This document shows, in pieces, positions 9,956 through 19,231 of a stretch of DNA of 64,000 nt. Within the stretch, counting starts at the first letter, position 1; each line of letters opens with the position of its first letter. Origin of the DNA: an uncultured Armatimonadetes bacterium. GTDB lineage: Bacteria > Armatimonadota > Hebobacteria > Hebobacterales > Hebobacteraceae. The stretch lies in contig OY970296.1 in assembly GCA_963716175.1 (NCBI GenBank), positions 4,032,001 through 4,096,000 of the forward strand, read 5' to 3'. The notes beneath the pieces are model-generated. The model saw only the letters and a list, made by a program, of their open reading frames with translations. It was not told the DNA's origin and made no database searches. The position numbers and the translations under genes were made by a program.

Positions 9956-10806
9956 CGCCCCGGGGCCGCGTCGCCCAGCTCGCGCAGGCGCGCCACGACC
10001 TGCTCGATCACCCATTCCGGGGTGGAGGCGCCGGCCGTCACGCCCACCCGCTCGACCTGTGCGAACCAGCTCGGCTCCAGCTCCTGCGCGGTCTCGATGT
10101 GATGGGTGGGCGTGCCCGTGGCGGCGCAGATCCCGCGCAGCCGCGCGGTGTTGGCGCTGTTTCTCCCTCCCACCACCACCATCACGTTCACCCGCTCGGC
10201 TAGCTGCCTGGCGCTTTCCTGGCGGCCTGCCGTGGCCTCGCAGATGGTGTTGAACACCCTCAGCTCGCGGCAGCGCTCGGCCAGCGCGCCCGCCACTTCC
10301 CGCAAAGTCTCCGGGCGCTGCGTGGTCTGCACCACCAGGCCGTACTTCTCGCCGAAGGGCAAGGCGGCCGCCTCCTCCGCGCTGGTGACAATGTCCGCCT
10401 TTCCCCCGGCCCTTGCCGCCAGGCCCTCGACTTCCCGGTGGCCGGGGTCCCCGAGGATAACCACGGCGTAGCCCTCCTCGGCGAGCGTGCGGATGTGGGC
10501 GTGGGCGCGCCGCACGAAGGGGCAGGTGGCGTCTATCACCTCCAACCCGCGCCGGCGCGCCTCCTCCTCCACGCCTGGGTCCACTCCATGGGCGGAGAGC
10601 ACGACCGCGCCGCTCGCCACCTCCTCCAGTGACTCCACCCGGTGAATGCCGCGCGCCTCCAGGCGCGCGATCTCCTGGGGGTTGTGAATCAGCTCTCCCA
10701 GGGTGCGCACTGGCCGCGACTGGGTCTCGGCGGCGCGAGCCACGATCTCCAGCGCTCGCTTCACGCCGAAACAGAAGCCGGCATTATCGGCGACAATGAT
10801 GTCCAT
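9952..10806 (-). CDS. ispH: 4-hydroxy-3-methylbut-2-enyl diphosphate reductase
   Basis: GFCFGVKRA, IHN, DATCPFV, NTIC.AT..RQ, GG.NSANT and GASTP motifs. Confidence 0.96.
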   Translation of the reverse strand: MDIIVADNAGFCFGVKRALEIVARAAETQSRPVRTLGELIHNPQEIARLEARGIHRVESLEEVASGAVVLSAHGVDPGVEEEARRRGLEVIDATCPFVRRAHAHIRTLAEEGYAVVILGDPGHREVEGLAARAGGKADIVTSAEEAAALPFGEKYGLVVQTTQRPETLREVAGALAERCRELRVFNTICEATAGRQESARQLAERVNVMVVVGGRNSANTARLRGICAATGTPTHHIETAQELEPSWFAQVERVGVTAGASTPEWVIEQVVARLRELGDAAPGR

Positions 10807-10820
10807 GGCCAGGAGCAAAC

Positions 10821-10846
10821 GGGAGCCCGCGCAGGGGCTCCCCTAC
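10821..10846 (-). repeat. GTAG-type REP singlet
   Basis: Reverse strand GTAG-GGGAGCCC-CTGCGC-GGGCTCCC. Confidence 0.7.
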
Positions 10847-10861
10847 GAACGACAGCCCGGG

Positions 10862-12034
10862 TCAGCCGATGACCCGGGCCACGAAGGCGGCCATCCGCGC
10901 CATCGCCTCTTCGAGCAGCGCCATGGAGGTGGCGTAGGAGCAGCGCACAAACCCCTCCCCGCAGGCCCCGAAGGCCGTCCCCGGCACCACTGCCACCTTC
11001 TGCTCCGCCAGCAGGCGCTCGGCGAACTCCTCGCAAGCGAGCCCGGTGCGCGCGATGGAGGGGAAAGCGTAGAACGCGCCTTTCGGCTCGAAGCAATCCA
11101 ACCCCATCGCGTTCAAGCGATTCACGATCACTCGCCGGCGCTGGTTGTACTCGCGGCGCATCTGCGCCACCTCGTGGTCGCACGCCTTCAGCGCCTCCAC
11201 CGCCGCCTCCTGCGCGGTCGTCGGCGAGCACATCACGGTGTAGGCGTGCAGCTTCACCATCGCCCCGATGATGTCGGCCGGTCCCGCCGCGAACCCCAGC
11301 CGCCAGCCCGTCATCGCCCACGCCTTCGAGAACCCGCCCACCAGTATCGTCCGCTCCCGCGCGCCCGTCTGCGCCGCCACCGACACGTGCTCCCCGTTGT
11401 AGGTCAGCTCCGCGTATACCTCGTCCGATATCATCAGCAAGTCGCGCCCTCGCGCGAACTCCGCCAGCGCAATCGCCCCGGCTGGATCAATGGTGGCGCC
11501 GGTGGGATTGCTGGGATAGGACACGACCATCGCCCTCGTCCCCTCGTCGCAAGCCGCCTCCAGGTCCTCGACCTGCACGCGGAAACCGTGCTCGACCCGC
11601 GTCGGCACCGCGATCGCCCGGCCCCCGGCCATGAGCGTACACGGCGGATAGGCCACAAAGCACGGCTGCGGGATCAGCACGCCGTCGCCCGGCTCGAGGA
11701 TCGTGCGCAGCGCGATGTCAATCGCCTCGCTGCCGCCGACTGTAATCATGATCTCGCGCTGCGGATCGTACCCGAGCTCAAAGCGCCGCTCCAGGTAGCG
11801 CGACACTTCCGCGCGCAGCTCCTGAATCCCGGCGTTCGGCGTATAGTGCGTGTGCCCGCTCTCCAGGGAGGCGATCCCCGCCTCCCTGATGCGCCACGGG
11901 GTCACGAAATCCGGCTCGCCAATACCGAGCGAAATCGCATCCGGCATCTTCTCCACCAGCTCGAAGAACCGCCGGATGCCGGAGGGTGGAAGGCTATCTA
12001 CTCGTTGGGAGATTCGTGATCGGGTTCTGGCCAT
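10862..12034 (-). CDS. Class I/II PLP-dependent aminotransferase
   Basis: ISLGIGEPDF, PSNPTG, DEVY and SKAWAMTGWRLG motifs. Confidence 0.93.
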   Translation of the reverse strand: MARTRSRISQRVDSLPPSGIRRFFELVEKMPDAISLGIGEPDFVTPWRIREAGIASLESGHTHYTPNAGIQELRAEVSRYLERRFELGYDPQREIMITVGGSEAIDIALRTILEPGDGVLIPQPCFVAYPPCTLMAGGRAIAVPTRVEHGFRVQVEDLEAACDEGTRAMVVSYPSNPTGATIDPAGAIALAEFARGRDLLMISDEVYAELTYNGEHVSVAAQTGARERTILVGGFSKAWAMTGWRLGFAAGPADIIGAMVKLHAYTVMCSPTTAQEAAVEALKACDHEVAQMRREYNQRRRVIVNRLNAMGLDCFEPKGAFYAFPSIARTGLACEEFAERLLAEQKVAVVPGTAFGACGEGFVRCSYATSMALLEEAMARMAAFVARVIG

Positions 12035-12107
12035 GAGCTCTGCTCTGAACTGGCGGACTGGGAAAGAGACGCGCTCCTGCCCATCCCAGAGGCTAGCCTA
12101 CCGCAAC

Positions 12108-12587
12108 TCAGGGCGTCACCGGCAGCCGCTTCACCTCCGGCCGCTCCGCCAGCACGTCTCCGTCAACCTTGTAGCGCTTCAGCACGAAGTGAGTGGCGGT
12201 GCTCAGCACGTGCTCCAGCGGCGCCAGCTTTTCGGCCACAAAGAAGGCCACCTCTCGCATGGTCGCGCCCTGCACCACCACCAGCAGGTCATAGGTTCCA
12301 GACATGAGATAGAGCGAATGCACCTCCGGGAAACCCATGATCCGCTCTGCCACTGCGTCGAAGCCCACCCCGCGCTCGGGCGAGACTCGCACCTCGATGA
12401 AGCCATACACGTGCTCGATGCCGGCCTTCTCCCAGTTCACCACGGTCTTGTAGCGCCGGATCACGCCCTCGTCTTCGAGCTGCTTGACGGCGGCCTTCAC
12501 CTCCGCTTCCGGCCGGCCGGTGCGCTCCGCGATCTGGGCCGCGGTGAGGCGGGCATCATCTGCGAGCAGTTGCAGGACTTCCTCCAT
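12108..12587 (-). CDS. Lrp/AsnC family transcriptional regulator
   Basis: N-terminal HTH plus LYLMSGTYDL RAM domain; paired with the aminotransferase as in YugG/YugH-like loci. Confidence 0.9.
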   Translation of the reverse strand: MEEVLQLLADDARLTAAQIAERTGRPEAEVKAAVKQLEDEGVIRRYKTVVNWEKAGIEHVYGFIEVRVSPERGVGFDAVAERIMGFPEVHSLYLMSGTYDLLVVVQGATMREVAFFVAEKLAPLEHVLSTATHFVLKRYKVDGDVLAERPEVKRLPVTP

Positions 12588-12631
12588 GGCTGCGCTCCTT
12601 GGCCTGGCAGGGGCACGCCCCTGCGCAGCGG

Positions 12632-12740
12632 GTAGGGCAGGTCCCCCTAGGCCGGCTGCCGCGGCCGGGGTGGCGGCCTGCCGTGCGGGCCTAGCCACGC
12701 GACCTGCCCCGGCGGGCATGCCGAGACATGCCCGCCCTAC
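12632..12740. repeat. REPIN with module M inserted in the loop of the left REP
   Basis: GTAG-GGCAGGTC-[M 12644-12697]-CGC-GACCTGCCC ... GGCGGGCATG-CCGAGA-CATGCCCGCC-CTAC. Confidence 0.8.
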
Positions 12741-12743
12741 AGG

Positions 12744-14123
12744 CTACTTGTGAATGGCGAGGCCGAGCGTATCCTCCGCCGCTTCCTTGATGGGCTCGCT
12801 CAGGGTGGGATGGCCGTGCACCATCTCCCCCAGATCCTCCGCCGTCGCCCCCAGCTGCACCGCCAATACCACCTCGTGGATGAGGTCGGTGGCGCGGGGG
12901 CCAATCACGTGGCCTCCGATCACCTTGCCCGTGGCGGCCTCGGCCACGATCTTGGCCACACCTTCCCGGTGCCCCTCAGCCAGCGCCCGCCCCGCGGCGC
13001 GAAAATAGAAGCGGCCGACTTTCACCTCTATCCCCTGCTCCTTCGCCTGGGCCTCGCTGAGGCCTGTGGAGCCGATCTCGGGATGGGTGTAGGTCACGGA
13101 CGGGATCGCCCGGTAGTCCATCTCCCGGCTCTGCCCCAGCGCGTTCGCCACTGCCACCTTCCCCTCGGCGAATGCCACGTGGGCCAGCAGAATGCCACCG
13201 ATGGCGTCGCCCGCGGCATAGACCCCCGGCACATTGGTCTCCATGTGGGCGTTCGCCTTGATCGCCCGCCGGTTCATCTCGATTCCGGCCTCCGGAAGCC
13301 CGATGCCCTCGGTATTCGGCCAGCGCCCGACCGCGGAGAGCACTAGCTCCACCTCCACCTCCCGCGGCTTGCCGTCGTGCGTGAACTGCACCACCCGCTT
13401 GCCGCCTCGCTCCACCACCCCCGACACCTGGGCGCCCACGAAGACCTCAATCCTGCGCCGGCGGAACGAGCGCGCCAGCTCGGCCGAGATCTCCTCATCC
13501 TCCAGGGGCACGAGGCGTGGGAGCAGTTCGATCAACGTCACCTTCGCGCCCACTGAGCTGAACACATCCGCGAACTCCACCCCAATGGGCCCGGCCCCGA
13601 TGATGGCCAGGCTCTCCGGCACTTGCGGCAGATTCAGGATCTCATCACTGGTCAACACCCCGGGCAGCTCAAACCCGGGAAGAGGCAGCCGCGCCGGCAC
13701 CGATCCCACGGCCAGCAGCACGCGGTCGGCGCTGACTGTCTCCTCTCTCCCCTCCGTCTCCACCGCGATGGCATTCGCCCCCGCCAGGCGGCCTTTGCCC
13801 TCGACCACACGGATTCCATGCTCCTTCATCAGGAGCTCGACGCCCTTGCGGAGCTGCCCCACCACCTGGTCTTTGCGCTGGATCACCTTGGTCCAGTTGA
13901 TCCCCCGGAACTCGCCCTCCACCCCATACTGGTCGAGCTCGCGGGCTTCCCGCGCCACCTCCGCCGACCGGAGCAAGGTCTTGCTCGGGATGCAGCCGCG
14001 GTTGGTGCAAGTGCCGCCGAGCGCGTCCATCTCGATCAGTGTCACCTCCGCGCCTAACTGCCGCGCCCGGATCGCCGCTACGTACCCCGCCGGTCCTCCT
14101 CCCAGAATCGCGATGTGTGCCAA
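12744..14123 (-). CDS. lpdA: Dihydrolipoyl dehydrogenase
   Basis: GGGPAGY, GGTCTNRGCIPSK and HPTLSE motifs. Confidence 0.95.
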   Translation of the reverse strand: MAHIAILGGGPAGYVAAIRARQLGAEVTLIEMDALGGTCTNRGCIPSKTLLRSAEVAREARELDQYGVEGEFRGINWTKVIQRKDQVVGQLRKGVELLMKEHGIRVVEGKGRLAGANAIAVETEGREETVSADRVLLAVGSVPARLPLPGFELPGVLTSDEILNLPQVPESLAIIGAGPIGVEFADVFSSVGAKVTLIELLPRLVPLEDEEISAELARSFRRRRIEVFVGAQVSGVVERGGKRVVQFTHDGKPREVEVELVLSAVGRWPNTEGIGLPEAGIEMNRRAIKANAHMETNVPGVYAAGDAIGGILLAHVAFAEGKVAVANALGQSREMDYRAIPSVTYTHPEIGSTGLSEAQAKEQGIEVKVGRFYFRAAGRALAEGHREGVAKIVAEAATGKVIGGHVIGPRATDLIHEVVLAVQLGATAEDLGEMVHGHPTLSEPIKEAAEDTLGLAIHK

Positions 14124-14153
14124 CTCCCTGGCCTTTCCTTCTTGCGCCCGCGC

Positions 14154-14753
14154 TCAGGCTTGCCGCTTCAGTTCCTGCTCCAGCTTCTCGATATGCATCT
14201 TGGCCACGCTGTCGTCGGGAAAGCGCTTGAGCAGGGCCTGCCACTCGTCCAGCGCCTCCTCCTTGCGACCGGCCAGCTCCAGGGTCGCCGGCAGCATATG
14301 CTGCCAGGCCCGCGGTGCGTCGTGCTGCACTGATTTCCGGAACTGCTCCACCGCCTCGCCGTACTTGTGGCGGCGGTGGTAGAAGAGCCCGAACTGCTGG
14401 TACAGCTCCGGGCTATCGGGATTCTCCTCGATGCCGGCCTGGTACATGGCGATGGCCTCTCCGTCGCGGTTAAGGTTCGCCAGCACCCAGGCGACGTCCG
14501 TGTAAGCATCCACGAAGTGCCGATCCAGCTCGATGCTCTGGTAGCAGAGACGGATGCAGTCCTCCCACTCGCCGGCATGCCAGTGAGTATCTATGTCTGT
14601 GGCCAGCAGATCGAGCAGGAAATCCCGCGTCTCCGTGGTCCGGCGCTCGGCCTCGGCCGCGGGGATGGGCTGCATCCCCTGGTCACGCTGCGCCGCCCAT
14701 ACCACGGCGCCGCAAGTGAGCACCAGAGCCAACGCCACCAGGGCTCGCTTCAT
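14154..14753 (-). CDS. Secreted TPR-repeat protein
   Basis: Signal peptide followed by TPR-like helices. Confidence 0.75.
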   Translation of the reverse strand: MKRALVALALVLTCGAVVWAAQRDQGMQPIPAAEAERRTTETRDFLLDLLATDIDTHWHAGEWEDCIRLCYQSIELDRHFVDAYTDVAWVLANLNRDGEAIAMYQAGIEENPDSPELYQQFGLFYHRRHKYGEAVEQFRKSVQHDAPRAWQHMLPATLELAGRKEEALDEWQALLKRFPDDSVAKMHIEKLEQELKRQA

Positions 14754-14809
14754 GGCAGAGCTGCTCCTAGCAGAAAGTACTGCATTCTACCGGAATTCGC
14801 GGCCGTTGG

Positions 14810-14833
14810 GTAGGGCAGGCTCGCGGCCTGCCC
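14810..14833 (+). repeat. GTAG-type REP singlet
   Basis: GTAG-GGCAGGC-TCGCG-GCCTGCCC. Confidence 0.7.
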
Positions 14834-14843
14834 ACCTCCCCCG

Positions 14844-15422
14844 TCAACCCGGCGGCAAACGTCGTCGCATAGCCGGGATCAGCGCGGCCGCCGCCGCTGC
14901 CTTCACCGCGTCCACCACCACGAAGGGGAAGAGCGACTGCGCCAGCACGGCCAGCAGGCCCGCGCCAGAGCCTGTCATGGCCCGCCACACCGCGAACCAG
15001 GCGGCGCCGCAGGCGTGGATCACGATCACTCCGCACAAGCAGGCCAGAAGCACGCGCCACCCGGCCTGCGCCCTCGACCGGCCAGCGATCGAGCCGGCAA
15101 CCAGCGCGGCCAGCGGGAATCCCACCAAGTATCCGCCCGTCGGCCCCAGCAGCGCGGCCGGCCCGCCGCCGTGAGCGAAGATGGGCAGACCCGCGGCGCC
15201 GGCGGCCAGATACTCCACCTGGCTGACGAATCCCAGCCGCGCGCCCAACACCCCTCCGGCCAAGAGCACGCACAAGACCTGGCCCGTGATCGGCACCGGA
15301 GTGAACGGCACATGGAAGGAGAGGCGGGCGCCGACCGCAGTGAGGACCGCGAACAGGGTCGCGGCCGCCAGATCCACCGCCAGCCGCCGCGCTACTATGG
15401 CTCGCTCCCGCACCTGCGCCAT
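14844..15422 (-). CDS. bioY: Biotin ECF transporter S component BioY
   Basis: PFTPVPITGQ, GLPIFA and LLGPTGGYLVGF motifs. Confidence 0.92.
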   Translation of the reverse strand: MAQVRERAIVARRLAVDLAAATLFAVLTAVGARLSFHVPFTPVPITGQVLCVLLAGGVLGARLGFVSQVEYLAAGAAGLPIFAHGGGPAALLGPTGGYLVGFPLAALVAGSIAGRSRAQAGWRVLLACLCGVIVIHACGAAWFAVWRAMTGSGAGLLAVLAQSLFPFVVVDAVKAAAAAALIPAMRRRLPPG

Positions 15423-15549
15423 CACCGTCTCCTCGATGCCGCTATGGCTTCGGCGCGTAGGGACCAGCACCTCTTGGCGCCGACCCGGACAGGAGGTCCG
15501 GACTCGCGCGGGAACACAGGGAGGCAAGAGGGAGATGCAATAACTGATG

Positions 15550-16977
15550 TCAAGGGGTAATCGTGCCTCTGGCATAGCGAGTAAGTTGGAGATGTGGCGG
15601 CTTGTTTTTCCCAGCGCTGATGGTAGAATTACGCTGGGGAGCGCGAGACCTCGACGCCGCCTTGAGTGGTCGTCCCGATTGCATCGGGGCTTGACCCGCG
15701 GCATCTCCAGTGAGGCGTCGCTCCCCCTTCGGTGTCTGGGCCATCTCTTCTCCCCGAGCGATTCCGCGCAGGGCGATCTCTTCCGACCAAGGTTGATTGA
15801 AGGTGAGCACGGCCCAGACGATCTCAGCCATCTTTCGGGCGATGGCACCTCCGGCTGCTTTCTTGGATTTGCCTCGGGCTCGCAGGCGGGCGTAGAAGTG
15901 GCGGATCGCCGGGTTGTATTGGCGGGCGGCGGCCGAGGCCACCAGCAGAGTCATCTTCAGCATGCGGTTGCCCTTGCGGGTCATGCGGAAGCGCAGCTTG
16001 GTGTCTCCGCTCTCCCAGGCAATGGGATAGAGCCCACAGTAGCCCACGAAAGTCTCTTTGTGCGGGAAGCGACGGATGTCGGCTGTCTCGGCCAGGATGG
16101 AAGCCACCGAGACCGGGCCCAGGCCCGGCACCGAAGCCAGAACCGTATCTGGGAAGAGCCGCTCCAGCTCCTGGGCGACGGCTGCGTCCATGCCGTGAAG
16201 GAAACGATTCAGTTGCAGGATGCGGACGGCCGCGTCCTGGATGGAGAGACGCGCCATCATCGGCAGTTGGCGCGCGGGGGCAGCTTTCGCCAGGGCGATC
16301 AGTTTCCGGGCGAAGGCGGCTCCGACACGCTTGCCGTCGGAGTTGCGCAACTCACTCAGGCGAGCCTCACCCCGCCGGAGCAGCTCCTGGGGCGAGGGGC
16401 AGGCGGCCAGCGCCACCAGGGTGCGGACGCTGAACTTGGCACCCAGCGTTTCCCGATAGCCGGGGAAGTGAGTGCGCAGCAGCCGGTGGAGCCGATTCTT
16501 GAGCGAGGTGCGATCCTCCACGCAGCGGCGCCGGGTGCGAGTGGCATCCTGGAGCGCTTCGAATCCCTCGGGCATGGGGGCGCGGGGCTGGGGGCGGATC
16601 TTCGCCAGGAATCGGGCGATCAGCTCGGCATCCACCCGGTCGGTCTTGGTGTCCTTGAGCTCCAGCTTGCGGAACCACTTGACCTCGCGGGGATTGAGCA
16701 CGTGCACCTGGATCGTCCGACGCGTCTCTGCCCGCAGCGCCTTCGCCGCCACCCGATGATATTCGCCGGTGGACTCCACCGCCGCCATCACCTGGGTGCC
16801 GCGACCGCACGCGCGTGCGATCACCATCACGGCCTCGCCGAGCGCGGCCGCGCCGGTCGCGTCGTTGGGGAAGGACTGCACGCCGCCGATGGGCGCTCCG
16901 CTGCCATCGCAGAAGCCGACCTCCAGGGAGCGCGACGAGACATCGATGCCCACGCACAACAACCTCGCTTCCGCCAT
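15550..16977 (-). CDS. IS110-family recombinase/transposase
   Basis: VGIDVS, ESTGEYH and KTDRVDA (DEDD RuvC); SVPGLG and GYCGL.P...ESG (Tnp domain serine); GAGGAGG RBS before ATG 16977. Confidence 0.95.
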   Translation of the reverse strand: MAEARLLCVGIDVSSRSLEVGFCDGSGAPIGGVQSFPNDATGAAALGEAVMVIARACGRGTQVMAAVESTGEYHRVAAKALRAETRRTIQVHVLNPREVKWFRKLELKDTKTDRVDAELIARFLAKIRPQPRAPMPEGFEALQDATRTRRRCVEDRTSLKNRLHRLLRTHFPGYRETLGAKFSVRTLVALAACPSPQELLRRGEARLSELRNSDGKRVGAAFARKLIALAKAAPARQLPMMARLSIQDAAVRILQLNRFLHGMDAAVAQELERLFPDTVLASVPGLGPVSVASILAETADIRRFPHKETFVGYCGLYPIAWESGDTKLRFRMTRKGNRMLKMTLLVASAAARQYNPAIRHFYARLRARGKSKKAAGGAIARKMAEIVWAVLTFNQPWSEEIALRGIARGEEMAQTPKGERRLTGDAAGQAPMQSGRPLKAASRSRAPQRNSTISAGKNKPPHLQLTRYARGTITP

Positions 16978-17029
16978 ACACCACCTCCTCGGCAATGGAT
17001 CTGCCGCCAGCGCGGGAGCTCCTCGTCGC

Positions 17030-17222
17030 CTCCGGTCCCGCTTCGACTCCTGAATTGCGCGGTCGTGCCGCAGGTTGCAATCCAAGCTCCGGACCGGTCG
17101 CCGAGGGGTCATTCTCCTCTTCTCGGTCGCGCCGTAACTGAAATGAAGACCTCGCGCCCGACGCCCCGGCCCGGAGACTATAACCCACTCCATACTGGTG
17201 AAACCAGTACGGATATCCAAGT
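17030..17222 (-). ncRNA. Putative IS110 bridge RNA in the non-coding left end
   Basis: 5' hairpin at 17189-17213 plus two large stem-loops (17106-17186, 17032-17097) just downstream of TATAAT 17234-17229. Confidence 0.65.
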
Positions 17223-17244
17223 TGCAGCATTATAGGAGTCAGCA

Positions 17245-17787
17245 ATGGCCGAGCAGCTATTCGATGGAGCGACTGCCTTCGTGATCGTGGACATGCTGAA
17301 TGACTTCGTGCGCCCGGGCGCGCCGCTGCGGGTGGAGGGAGCGGAGGCCTTGATCCCCATCATTGCCCGCGGCCGGCAGGCCGCCAGGCAAGCAGGGGCC
17401 AAGGTGGTCTACCTCTGCGACGCTCACCGGCCGGACGATCCAGAGTTCCGCGCCTGGCCACCGCACGCGGTCCGCGGCAGCCAGGGCGCGCAGGTGGTGG
17501 AGGAGCTCGCTCCCGAGGCGGAAGATACCGTCATCCCCAAACGCCGCTTCTCCGGCTTCTTCGGCACTGATCTCGATCTCAACCTGCGGGAGCGGGGGCT
17601 GCGGCGGCTGCTGATCTGCGGCATCCTCACCGACATCTGCGTCTATCACACCGCGGCCGACGCCGCCCAATTGGCCTATGAGGTGCTGGTGGCGAAGAAC
17701 GCAGTGGCGGCGGCCACGGAGGAAGACCATCAGTTTGCGCTCAAGCAGATGGCGCGGCTGCTCAAGGTGCGGCTGGCAGAGCTTTAG
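17245..17787 (+). CDS. Isochorismatase/nicotinamidase-like cysteine hydrolase
   Basis: IVDMLNDF, WPPHAV, K.RFSGF and TDICV motifs. Confidence 0.92.
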   Translation: MAEQLFDGATAFVIVDMLNDFVRPGAPLRVEGAEALIPIIARGRQAARQAGAKVVYLCDAHRPDDPEFRAWPPHAVRGSQGAQVVEELAPEAEDTVIPKRRFSGFFGTDLDLNLRERGLRRLLICGILTDICVYHTAADAAQLAYEVLVAKNAVAAATEEDHQFALKQMARLLKVRLAEL

Positions 17788-18529
17788 CCACCCGCAAGGT
17801 GTGCCGCGGCCGCCTCAGTTGGGCCTGCATCTCGGACAGGGTCACGAAGCGGTAGCCGCGGCGGCGCAGGTCTTGGATGATCTGGGGCAGCGCGTCTATG
17901 GTCTGCTGCACCCCGTCGTGCATCAGGATAATCCCGCCATTGCTGACGCGAGCCAGCACGCGCCGCTCGATCCTACGCTCGCTGCGGCTCAGGTAGTCGG
18001 CGGAGTTGTCCGTCCACAGCACCGTGGTGAGCCCGAGTTCGCCGGCCGCGGTGACGCTCTCGCGATCGTAGCGCCCACCCGGGGGCCGGCAGTATTTCAT
18101 CCGCTCTCCGGTGATCGCCTGCACCGCCTGCTCGCATTCCTCCCACTCGGAGGTGACCCTCTCGCCCGTCAGCCGCGCGATGTTCACGTGGTGGAAGGTG
18201 TGGTTGCCGATCTCGTGTCCGGCCGCCCGCTCCTCCCGCACCAGCTCCGGGTGCTTCTGGGCCATCTTGCCCACCACGAAGAAAGTCGCCTTCACCTGGC
18301 AGCGATCTAACGCCGCCAGCAGCTTCGGGGTGAACTCGGGATGCGGGCCATCGTCGAAGGTGAGAGCGACGGCTTTGACCGCGGGATTGCCGCGGGTGAG
18401 CTTCAGGTAAGGACTGTGCTTGCGCGACCCGCCAGCCGCTGGGCCCGGGCCGGTCGTCTGCCCGGCCGCGCTCGCGGCGAGCAGACAGGCAGCCAACACG
18501 AACGGGAATGCAACACCGCCTCTGAGCAT
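17762..18529 (-). CDS. Polysaccharide deacetylase (CE4/NodB), secreted
   Basis: TFDDGP, GNHTFHH, RPPGG and ILMHD motifs; signal peptide. Confidence 0.92.
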   Translation of the reverse strand: MLRGGVAFPFVLAACLLAASAAGQTTGPGPAAGGSRKHSPYLKLTRGNPAVKAVALTFDDGPHPEFTPKLLAALDRCQVKATFFVVGKMAQKHPELVREERAAGHEIGNHTFHHVNIARLTGERVTSEWEECEQAVQAITGERMKYCRPPGGRYDRESVTAAGELGLTTVLWTDNSADYLSRSERRIERRVLARVSNGGIILMHDGVQQTIDALPQIIQDLRRRGYRFVTLSEMQAQLRRPRHTLRVAKALPAAP

Positions 18530-18577
18530 CTCCTAGTTTATTCCACATCGCCTGCACCCCGTTCTCACGCGCGGTAC

Positions 18578-18691
18578 TGTAGGGCGGCCATGCGCAGGTC
18601 GCCCGAGGCGACCAAGCATCGCCGCTGACGTGCCCAACTCTGCGGCGGCAATGCTCACACGCTTCCAGCGTGTTCGCATGGCCGCCCTACA
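18578..18691. repeat. REPIN downstream of the RAYT gene
   Basis: 17-bp perfect IR TGTAGGGCGGCCATGCG; 18578-18625 identical to 19232-19279. Confidence 0.9.
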
Positions 18692-18695
18692 ACTG

Positions 18696-19208
18696 CTACC
18701 AGGCCAGTGGGGCAATCTCGCCCTGGAAAGGCCATTGCGATGCATCGGCCACCAGGCCGGCCCGGACCGGGTTCTCTCGGACATACTCCCATTTCTCACC
18801 ATATGATTCAGCGCTGCGTAGCAGATGATCGAAGAACTCGCGCTGCCAGGCGAACGTGGGCAGAGACCTTCGGATCTCGTGTGCGGTGCTTCGCTTCCAG
18901 TACCGGAGGTATGCTGAGAGGCCCTTTGGGCTCCCATCAGCGGGGGCGGCAAAGAAATGGACATGGTCCGGCATGACCACGAAACGACCTACCAGCCAAC
19001 CGTGATCGGAACCGGAATCACGCCAGGCGTCAACCAGTATGCCGGCGATAGTCGGGTTCGCGAGCACGCCCAAGCGCTCTCTGACGCAGACCGTCAGGAA
19101 GAACAACGGCGCGCCAGGCACGAAGATCCGATCCAGGCGGCGGAGGTGTTTGCGTCTCGGCAGCGCATCATTGGGCCGGAACCCGCTCTCCTGCTGGTGA
19201 TCGGGCAC
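18696..19208 (-). CDS. REP-associated tyrosine transposase (RAYT, Y1 HUH)
   Basis: FFLTVC, MPDHVH (HUH), WQREFFDHLLR and YVRENPVRAGL motifs; no tnpB; flanked by REPs. Confidence 0.92.
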   Translation of the reverse strand: MPDHQQESGFRPNDALPRRKHLRRLDRIFVPGAPLFFLTVCVRERLGVLANPTIAGILVDAWRDSGSDHGWLVGRFVVMPDHVHFFAAPADGSPKGLSAYLRYWKRSTAHEIRRSLPTFAWQREFFDHLLRSAESYGEKWEYVRENPVRAGLVADASQWPFQGEIAPLAW

Positions 19209-19231
19209 GTCACTCCTCCAGGGGCCGTTGT

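Larger units (their letters stand above)
15531..17238 (-). mobile_element. IS110-family insertion sequence, complete
   Basis: DEDD transposase; GGAG direct repeat at 15531-15534 and 17235-17238; no terminal IRs; split -35/-10 boxes at the two ends. Confidence 0.88.

Noticed and set aside
15547-17235. 562-aa plus-strand ORF spanning the IS110
   Set aside because: Antisense shadow of the transposase in high-GC DNA with no recognisable motifs
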